From a virus (taxonomy: Duplodnaviria > Heunggongvirae > Uroviricota > Caudoviricetes), in IMG/VR virus record IMGVR_UViG_3300029742_000285, positions 1,475 through 65,474 of that record: DNA of 64,000 nt. One strand, 5' to 3'. Positions 57,438 through 64,000 of this stretch are shown one piece after another (position 1 is the first letter of the stretch; each line of letters opens with the position of its first letter). The notes beneath the pieces are model-generated. The model saw nothing but the letters and a program-made list of their open reading frames with translations, had not been told where the DNA came from and made no database searches. The translations under genes were made by a program, and so were the position numbers.

Positions 57438-60414
57438 ACTGTGCTTCGCGCATCAGGTCCGCCGCCGTCTGCGCCTTGCTGTAGATGTACTGGTTCACTT
57501 CGATATTGGGCCGCTGGGTGCGCTGGGGCAGCGGAGCTTTCTTCTCGTAGTCCCACAGGCTGCTGGAAGCCTCGGTGATGGTGCTGCCTGCGGCGCTGCT
57601 GGAAGAGCTGCCCGTGCCGGGTGTGCTCTTTTTCTTGAAGGCACCGCCGAGCGATGCAACGATGGCCGCGATCGCAGCCACCAGAGCAACGCCCGCTGCA
57701 ATCATCAGCAGGCCCTTCGGGGTCCCGAATCCGGTCGGCAGCAGCGCCATGCCGATGGATTGCAGCATTGCCACGAACGCGCCGCCAATGGCACCGATCA
57801 GGCCGCCCAGCGAAGCAAGGATCTCCGGGAATGCAGAGATCAGACCGCCCTGCAGGCCCTTGCTGATGGCGAGAGCCGCCGCGCTCAGCGGCCCCTGCAG
57901 ACCGCCGAAAATGTCCAGCAGTGTGCTGCCCAGGCCGGAGAACTGGCTGACCACATCTCCAAAGCCGCCGGTCAGGCCGTCGAAAATCTGGGTGCCGAGG
58001 TCCCACGCGCCATTGGCCAGCTGGCTGATGCCCTCGCCCAGAAAACCATTGACCTGCTGGATCAGATTCTTGCCGAAGTCGTCGATCAGCAGTTTGGTCT
58101 CCGGTGCAAGACCGTTGTACAGGGTGGAAATGACCCACTGCCCGACGCTGAGCCAGTCCTGACTCTTCACGGCTTTGTACAACGTGCCGAAGGTGCCCAG
58201 CACGCCCTTGTCGGCCTCGTCCTGCCAGCCCTTTACAAGGCCAGAAAAACTGTCGGCACTGGCCTTCTTGATGGTCTCGGCCACCTGTTCGGTGCCGTCG
58301 GCGGCAACGTTCTTGACCCGCTCGACCACCACAAGGGCACCGTCCACCACCTCGTTGAAGGTCTCGGTGATCACCTTTTTGGTGGTCTCGGTGCCGTCGG
58401 TCAGTGTTTCCTTGATGGTTTTGGTGCTGGTAGCAATGCCATTTACCACTGTGTCAAAGGTCGATGTGACCGAATTGGCCATCTCCCTCACCGTTTCCAT
58501 GGTCTGTTTGACGGTCGTCTTGCCCATCGCGTCAATCCCAGTGACAGTCTTGATGTCCTTCAGCACGCCGTTCACCATCTGGCGGGAAGTCTCGGTGATG
58601 GTTTGCTTCTGCTGCTTCTGACCGTTGGAAAGCACCTCGTTGGTGGTTTGGGTAGTACGGGTGATATTGCCCAGCACCTCGGTCACAGTGTCGGAGTAAG
58701 AGTTGACAACGGATGCAGCGGTCTTTGCCGCTGTGCCCGCTGCTTTCCCTGCGGCGGCTGCCGCATTGCCAGACTTGGTATAGGCCGGGATAGCGATATC
58801 CGCCACGGTCTGGGCGCTGTCGGCAAGGTCGGTGTTGGCAGAGGTCCAGTCGGCCAGTTCGTCACGGCTGGCAACATCGGCGATGGTAAAACCGGCAGTG
58901 GCTGCGGTAGCGATACCCGCCACTTTACCCTTGCCGGTCAGGCCGTTGATGAAACTCTGGATCAGATTCTTGCCCCACTGAACCGCCTGCGAGGGCAGGC
59001 TCTTGATCCATGCCAGGGCACTGGAAAAACCACCCTTGAAGGCATTCAGCATGGAAGAGCCCATGCTCCTGACGCCGCTTGCCACGCCGGTGAGGATGTT
59101 CTTGCCGATGTTCAGCCAATTCACTGCAGAAATGACCGAAAACACCGCCTGCAGGATCTTCTTCCAGTTGGCCAGCAGGTCAGGCACAGCCTTTACGATA
59201 CCCACGCCCAGCTGCACCACCAGTGAGACGCCCTCTGCAAGGAGCTTCGGCATATTGTCGTTGATGATGCCGCAGATATTGATGATGATATCCGGAACAT
59301 ATGCGATCAGGTCTGGCAAGCCCGCGATCAGGCCGTTGGCCAGCTGGGTGATCATATCCAGACCGGCGTTCACGAACTCCCCGGCATTTTCCCGCAGGTT
59401 TTCCGTAAAGGAAAGCAGCTGCGGCAGAGCATTCGCCAGAAAATCCGGGATGCCTTGCGTGAAGCCCTGCGCCAAAGAGCCGAGAAGCTCGGTGCCGGTC
59501 TGCGCCACTTCGGGCACAAGGCCGTAAATGACCTGCGGGATGCCCTGCAGCACGTTGCCGATCATGGGCAGCAGGTTACCCACAAGGTAGGTCCGGGCCG
59601 TGTCCGTCAGTGCCTGCAGGGGTGCCGTCAGGTCTGCGCCGGTGCTCCAATTGCCCAACACGTTCTGCGCCGCTGCCTTCATGGCCGCAAAGCTGCCGGT
59701 CAGGGTCGTTGCAGCTTCTCTCGCCGTTGTGCCGGTAATGTCCATCTCCTGCTGGATCACATGGATGGCGCTATACATGTCGGCCAGATTGCCCAGATCG
59801 TAGTGCACGCCGGAAAATTTTTCGGCATCATTCAGCAGACGCTGCATTTCAGCCTGCGTACCACCATAGCCCAGCTTGAGGTTGTCCAGCATGGTATAGT
59901 TCTGCTTGGCAAAGCCCTGATAGGCGTTCTGGATATCCTGCATATCCGTACCCATCTTGTTGGCGTTGTCGGCCATATCCACCATGGCCATATTGGCAAG
60001 CTGGGCGGCGGCATTGGTATCCTTGCTCACGCTGGAAAGCAGGCTTGCCGCAAAGCTGGTGGTCTGCTCCATGTAGTCGTTGGCGGAAAGGCCCACAGTC
60101 TTGTAAGCCTGGGCGGCATACTGCTTGACGGTATCGGCACTGTCCTTGAACAGTGTCTCAATGCCGCCGATGCTCTGCTGCAGGGCACCGCCCATGTCGA
60201 TGGAATCCTTGATGATTTTGCCGATGCCTGCGGCGGCAAGCACTTTTTTGATAGTGCCGACCAGCTGGGCACCAATGCTCTGGCCAACCTTTGCGCCTAA
60301 GCCGTCCGTTTCTTCGTCAAAAACGTCAGTCAGTGCAGCCCGGATGCCATCTGCCGACGGCACGATCTGCACATAGGCTTTTGCCATCTCGATTTTGTCC
60401 GGCATCTCCATCAA
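57403..60414 (-). CDS. Tail tape measure protein (element B)
   Basis: 1003 aa, Ala/Gly-rich repeats. Downstream of the G/GT chaperones. Confidence 0.85.
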   Translation of the reverse strand: MMEMPDKIEMAKAYVQIVPSADGIRAALTDVFDEETDGLGAKVGQSIGAQLVGTIKKVLAAAGIGKIIKDSIDMGGALQQSIGGIETLFKDSADTVKQYAAQAYKTVGLSANDYMEQTTSFAASLLSSVSKDTNAAAQLANMAMVDMADNANKMGTDMQDIQNAYQGFAKQNYTMLDNLKLGYGGTQAEMQRLLNDAEKFSGVHYDLGNLADMYSAIHVIQQEMDITGTTAREAATTLTGSFAAMKAAAQNVLGNWSTGADLTAPLQALTDTARTYLVGNLLPMIGNVLQGIPQVIYGLVPEVAQTGTELLGSLAQGFTQGIPDFLANALPQLLSFTENLRENAGEFVNAGLDMITQLANGLIAGLPDLIAYVPDIIINICGIINDNMPKLLAEGVSLVVQLGVGIVKAVPDLLANWKKILQAVFSVISAVNWLNIGKNILTGVASGVRSMGSSMLNAFKGGFSSALAWIKSLPSQAVQWGKNLIQSFINGLTGKGKVAGIATAATAGFTIADVASRDELADWTSANTDLADSAQTVADIAIPAYTKSGNAAAAAGKAAGTAAKTAASVVNSYSDTVTEVLGNITRTTQTTNEVLSNGQKQQKQTITETSRQMVNGVLKDIKTVTGIDAMGKTTVKQTMETVREMANSVTSTFDTVVNGIATSTKTIKETLTDGTETTKKVITETFNEVVDGALVVVERVKNVAADGTEQVAETIKKASADSFSGLVKGWQDEADKGVLGTFGTLYKAVKSQDWLSVGQWVISTLYNGLAPETKLLIDDFGKNLIQQVNGFLGEGISQLANGAWDLGTQIFDGLTGGFGDVVSQFSGLGSTLLDIFGGLQGPLSAAALAISKGLQGGLISAFPEILASLGGLIGAIGGAFVAMLQSIGMALLPTGFGTPKGLLMIAAGVALVAAIAAIVASLGGAFKKKSTPGTGSSSSSAAGSTITEASSSLWDYEKKAPLPQRTQRPNIEVNQYIYSKAQTAADLMREAQYEQERAVLQGV

Positions 60415-60790
60415 CCTCCTTTCAGCGCAGCAATGGCCGCTTCAAATTCTTCCGGGCTGGCAAAGCTCTGCACATCCTCCGTGTCGCTGCCGGAGCCTGT
60501 GCCGGTCAGAGCTTCCAGAATAGACTTGGGCGGCCTGCCGGGCTTGCCCAGCAGCCACCACTCGATGCGGTTCAGCGTGTCGGCAGCAGATGCCTGCAGC
60601 TGATCTTCTATAGGCACCCGCTGCCCGGCCAGCCGCAGCATACTGCGGCTGCTCTCCGGCAGACCTGCAGCAAGGGTGGCCGCCAGACGCGGCGGCAGGC
60701 TGCGCCAGTCCAGAACGTGGTAATACTGCGCAAAATCGCAGATCAGCGCGTCCTCGTCCGATGCGATCAGTTCGGAGAGGATGCAGAGTT
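60411..60790 (-). CDS. Tail assembly chaperone T-extension frame (GT fusion via -1 frameshift)
   Basis: Frame open from the slippery site to 60411. Overlaps the 3' end of the G ORF. Confidence 0.5.
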
Positions 60791-61042
60791 TTTTCCTGCG
60801 GAAAAGCTGCGGATCAGTTCACCGATCGCTGCACCAAAGGCAGCCACCGGCACGCGGCCCTTGGCGTCACGCAGGTGGTCGTAGAGCTTCTTCTTGCCTT
60901 CCTTGCCAAGCAGGCGGTCCGCCACATAGAACAGACGGGTGCCGTCCGTGTTCATTTCCACGATGGCCTCCACCAGCTCAACGTCGTTCATGGCTTCATC
61001 GTCCAGCTCGATCTCAAAACCGGATTCCGTTTTTGCAATCAT
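60767..61042 (-). CDS. Tail assembly chaperone (G-like)
   Basis: 91 aa, acidic, between major tail and TMP. Confidence 0.5.
   Translation of the reverse strand: MIAKTESGFEIELDDEAMNDVELVEAIVEMNTDGTRLFYVADRLLGKEGKKKLYDHLRDAKGRVPVAAFGAAIGELIRSFSAGKNSASSPN
60787..60793 (-). promoter_or_regulatory. Programmed -1 frameshift slippery heptamer A AAA AAC
   Basis: T6 run at 60788-60793 on the plus strand, inside GCA GGA AAA AAC of the G ORF. Confidence 0.5.
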
Positions 61043-61641
61043 GCCTTTACCTCCTTATTGTCTGCGGTGCTCTCGGCGGCAGACTGGGTGGCGGCAGTGC
61101 CGCCCAGAATGTACTCGTAGTGGGTGTTGCCATCGGTGTCCGGCACCGCGGTGATGGTGGTGTTGTAGCCCACCGCACCGTTGGAATAGACGATATCGCC
61201 CACGGCAGACACTGCCGCATCCGGGATCACGATGCGCTTGAGCGCGTTGTTCTTCATCACCATGTCCACAACCCAGCTGCAGTCCTGCTGTTCGTCGCTG
61301 TTGGCCTTGACCGTGATGCCGGTCTCCAGCGTGCCGGCAACGTTCTTATCGCCGTAGACAGACTTGAGCACCGCCGGGTTCAGGGCTTCCAGCAGGGTGT
61401 AGGCGAAGGTGTCCGGCTTTTCGGTCTGCTGGGTCAGCACGGTATCACCGCCCCATGCCGTGGTGTTCTCGCTGCTGGGAGAGTTCGAGTTGGTCAGGCC
61501 GTCACTGGAAATGTAGCCCAGCGATTCAAAGGCTTCGTTCAGTTTGGACTTTGCATCCGTGGGCAGCGGGGTGCCCAGAGGTGCGCGCCAGACGGCACCG
61601 CCCACCTTGGGCTTTGCGGCGCTTACATTTTTTGCATCCAT
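61039..61641 (-). CDS. Major tail protein
   Basis: 200 aa, position. Confidence 0.55.
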   Translation of the reverse strand: MDAKNVSAAKPKVGGAVWRAPLGTPLPTDAKSKLNEAFESLGYISSDGLTNSNSPSSENTTAWGGDTVLTQQTEKPDTFAYTLLEALNPAVLKSVYGDKNVAGTLETGITVKANSDEQQDCSWVVDMVMKNNALKRIVIPDAAVSAVGDIVYSNGAVGYNTTITAVPDTDGNTHYEYILGGTAATQSAAESTADNKEVKA

Positions 61642-61658
61642 AGAGATACTTCCTTTCG

Positions 61659-61991
61659 TCAGTAATGTGTAATAGAAAAGACAGCCTGATATCTTGGCCG
61701 TTTGCGGGTGGTATCCGGGAAATTGTACTCAGTGACAAGGTCGCAGGAGACGATTTCCGGCAGAGTGTCGGCGTCCAGCATGGCCTGCACCACAAAATGG
61801 CTCAACTGGGCGGCAGAAAAGTCGCTGCTGCCGTAGGACTGCACCGCCAGCGTGGCCGTGTAAATGCCTTCGTCCGGGCTGTCGCCGGTCTTTTCGAGGA
61901 TACAAAAATTGCCGGAGGGCTTCTCCGGCATGGACATGTAACAGGAAAAGGCATTTTCCCGCAGGTAGTTCAAGATGACTTCTTCGATCAT
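61659..61991 (-). CDS. Tail terminator / completion-like protein
   Basis: Assigned by position. Confidence 0.3.
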   Translation of the reverse strand: MIEEVILNYLRENAFSCYMSMPEKPSGNFCILEKTGDSPDEGIYTATLAVQSYGSSDFSAAQLSHFVVQAMLDADTLPEIVSCDLVTEYNFPDTTRKRPRYQAVFSITHY

Positions 61992-62308
61992 TTCTTTCTC
62001 TGATAGCTCCTCACTGTGATGACACGCCCATCTTTCAGGCGGCGCTTGTGCTCATGCACTGTTGCGCCGCTGCGGCTGCCGGAGACGGCTTTCAACAGGG
62101 TGTTGTTGGCCGAGTTGTCGTCATAGGCCTTGCGGGAAGCGGTCTCCACCACAGCCACCGCGCGGGTGGGGGCCACATAGGATTCGTAGCCATCGCCGCA
62201 GCGGTCCTTCACGGTGTCGGCACGGTCTTTCAGCACCGCCTGCATTTCAGGGGAGCGCAGCAGCGCCCGGATGCCGGGACTGTTCAGCTCGATCTTCACC
62301 TTACTCAA
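61988..62308 (-). CDS. HK97 gp10-like tail-component protein
   Basis: 106 aa, assigned by position and size. Confidence 0.4.
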   Translation of the reverse strand: MSKVKIELNSPGIRALLRSPEMQAVLKDRADTVKDRCGDGYESYVAPTRAVAVVETASRKAYDDNSANNTLLKAVSGSRSGATVHEHKRRLKDGRVITVRSYQRKK

Positions 62309-62633
62309 ACCGCACCACCTGCACTTTCTTGTTCCATCGCAGCGGGATCATGCTCTCGATGCCCTGCACAACGCCGCCGCAGGTGCGGAAGGTCTGGCCG
62401 AAGAACTCCACCTTTGCATCCGTCCAGTCGTGGGTGTCGCCCTTGGGGATGGCCAGCGTATAGGCCAGCCGCCGGCCGGTGAGCTGCAGTTCGGTGGTGA
62501 TCTCCTCGGCAGAGGGTTCACCCACCAGCACATTGTGCACGGTGACAGGCGTTTCCTCATAAATGGGGTCGTGGAAGCGATCCTCGCCGGTCTGGGTCTT
62601 GGAATAGAGGGTGATGTCGATTCCTTTCAGCAT
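62301..62633 (-). CDS. Head closure protein
   Basis: Internal start MLKGIDITLYSK. About 110 aa. Confidence 0.4.
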   Translation of the reverse strand: MLKGIDITLYSKTQTGEDRFHDPIYEETPVTVHNVLVGEPSAEEITTELQLTGRRLAYTLAIPKGDTHDWTDAKVEFFGQTFRTCGGVVQGIESMIPLRWNKKVQVVRFE

Positions 62634-63001
62634 AAGTCCTCCAGAGGGCTGCAGGCACCGATGCGGCTGCCGACCCCCAGCAGCTTCTTTTCCAGCTTGG
62701 AAAGATACAGCTCGCCGGAAGAGCCGCCGCTCATCGTCCAGCTCTGGCTGTAGCCCAGCGCCGTGGCAGTGCCCTGCGTGGAGCCTACGGGAAAGGATAC
62801 ACCGCCCCCGCTGTCGCTCTCGCCCAGCTGACGGCGCACCATCCGGCAGGAGACCACCCGCTTGGCGTCTTTGCCTGCATCCGGGTTGTAGCTGTCGATG
62901 ATCACAGCAGCTTCGCTCAGCAGGGCAGCGCACTGTGTCTGTTCGTCTCGGGACAAGGCGCGGAAACCAGCTTCCACGTCCTGCACTTCAGCATAAAGCA
63001 T
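62627..63001 (-). CDS. Head-tail connector (gp6-like) protein
   Basis: MLYAEVQDVEAGFRALSRDEQ start typical of this family. Confidence 0.5.
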   Translation of the reverse strand: MLYAEVQDVEAGFRALSRDEQTQCAALLSEAAVIIDSYNPDAGKDAKRVVSCRMVRRQLGESDSGGGVSFPVGSTQGTATALGYSQSWTMSGGSSGELYLSKLEKKLLGVGSRIGACSPLEDLC

Positions 63002-63016
63002 GGCGGCACCTCACTT

Positions 63017-63178
63017 TGCTTTGGCCTTGCGGGCGGTTTTGGGCTTTTCAGCCGCAGCGGCTGCGGGAGGATCCTGCGCCACCTGCTTATGGCCTGCGGC
63101 AGCATACTCTGCCGTGCGCTCCTCGGCCACATACATAACCGTGCCGGTCAGCTGATTGATGAACTTCATCATCAGCCC
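63017..63178 (-). CDS. Hypothetical 53-aa Ala/Lys-rich protein
   Basis: Lies between capsid and connector. Below the ORF-track cutoff. Confidence 0.25.
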
Positions 63179-64000
63179 GCCGCCTTGGTCAGCTTGTTGA
63201 ACACGGTGGTGTCGCAGCGGAAACCCACCTCGATCTCGGCACGCACGGCAAACATGTTCTGCTGGAACAGGTTAATGGTGTCCTCGCCATCCTGCAGCGT
63301 TGCCTGATCGGCAATGGCAATCTGCACGCCCTCCACAGTGCCGTACATGGCCTGCGTCCAGTCACCGGCAAAACCAACGACATCCGGCGTGCCGGAGAGG
63401 TAAGCGCCCTTGCTCTGCAGGGTGCGGGAGCCAAGGATCATAGGCACAGCGCCCTCGGCAACGTTGTTGATAAACAGCGGACGCTTGTTGCCGTCCACAG
63501 CATTCAGCAGCAGAGCCTTGCCCTTGGGGGACAGCACCCAGCCGTTCAGGATGCCGTTGTGCTCGGCAATGTCGGCGTCAGCGGCCACCAGACCGGCATA
63601 GGCGTCGGTGCCGATCTCCTGCGCGGTGCAGCTCTTCAGAGTGTCAAAGTTGGAACCGGGCGCGGTGACGCCGCCGAACACAGTAGCGTCGAATTTCTGT
63701 GCCAGAGCCAGCGGCAGACGGCTCACCAGCTGCTTGTACAGTGCGGGCACATCGCGGCGGAACTGGTTGGAGAAGGGCACGATCACAGCCAGCGTGTAGG
63801 GCTGCATGATCTTGGTGTCCAGTGTGCCGCGCTTGACCGGCTTCTTTGCGGTCTCCGCCACCCATGCGGCTTCCGGGTCGCCGGTGATAACGGGAATGGT
63901 CACGCCCAGACCCGGCAGCTTGATCGGCTGGGCCAGAGACATGACAGCGGAGCTTTCCTGCGTTTTCTGCAGGATCTCGCTGGATACCTCGCCGGGCAGG
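63172..64000 (-). CDS. Major capsid protein, HK97 fold. Partial; the N-terminus lies beyond the window end.
   Basis: C-terminal 256 aa readable. Frame open to the window edge. Confidence 0.55.
   Translation of the reverse strand, partial: LPGEVSSEILQKTQESSAVMSLAQPIKLPGLGVTIPVITGDPEAAWVAETAKKPVKRGTLDTKIMQPYTLAVIVPFSNQFRRDVPALYKQLVSRLPLALAQKFDATVFGGVTAPGSNFDTLKSCTAQEIGTDAYAGLVAADADIAEHNGILNGWVLSPKGKALLLNAVDGNKRPLFINNVAEGAVPMILGSRTLQSKGAYLSGTPDVVGFAGDWTQAMYGTVEGVQIAIADQATLQDGEDTINLFQQNMFAVRAEIEVGFRCDTTVFNKLTKAAG

Noticed and set aside
57382-59226. 614-aa plus-strand ORF and further plus-strand ORFs to 60300
   Set aside because: Antisense to the tape measure gene. Typical GC-rich shadow ORFs.

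Overview
The window is almost entirely temperate-phage DNA. It appears to hold two tailed (siphovirus-type) prophage genomes lying tail-to-tail.

Element A (about 1-47600) is relatively AT-rich. Its late operon is read on the minus strand from 18397 downward. The order is an HTH protein, a small serine recombinase, the RNA ligase RtcB, a 53-aa ORF, terminase large subunit, a tRNA-Met plus a degenerate tRNA-like copy, portal, scaffold, major capsid, connector and neck proteins, major tail, a G/GT chaperone pair with an AAAAAAC slippery site, a 1280-aa tape measure, and tail tip proteins that run off the left edge.

Upstream of that operon is a plus-strand cassette (Bro-N/KilAC antirepressor and small ORFs). 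It is followed by GC-rich non-coding islands and a dense iteron/AT-rich origin-like region (23.9-24.9 kb). A long minus-strand early region follows. It contains a radical SAM protein, a DnaB helicase, a replisome organizer with intragenic iterons, a Lar anti-restriction protein, several DUF551 paralogs, an SPFH protein, a fragmented cytosine-5 DNA methyltransferase pseudogene with a poly-G tract, and a Sak4-like ATPase. A cro/cI-like switch lies at 40.2-42.3 kb.

Where an integrase would normally sit, there is instead a plasmid-type module (42.3-47.5 kb). It has iterons and a DnaA box, a Rep_3-type RepA, ParA, an RHH ParG-like protein, and an AT-rich three-gene cassette built around a classic AAA+ ATPase. 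I read element A as a phage-plasmid-like replicon.

Element B (about 47.6 kb to beyond 64000) has about 60% GC. It contributes a second full structural and lysis module on the minus strand: HK97-type capsid (partial), connector, major tail, a G/GT chaperone pair with the same AAAAAAC site, a 1003-aa tape measure, Dit, Tal, a tail fiber with a collar domain, a GH25 endolysin and two holins. It ends in a cargo cluster of Cys-, Gly/Asn- and Gln/Pro-rich membrane or low-complexity proteins (47.66-50.73 kb) that I cannot explain.

The most interesting features are the RtcB-tRNA locus under an operator-controlled consensus promoter, the plasmid-like maintenance module, and the two unexplained cargo cassettes.
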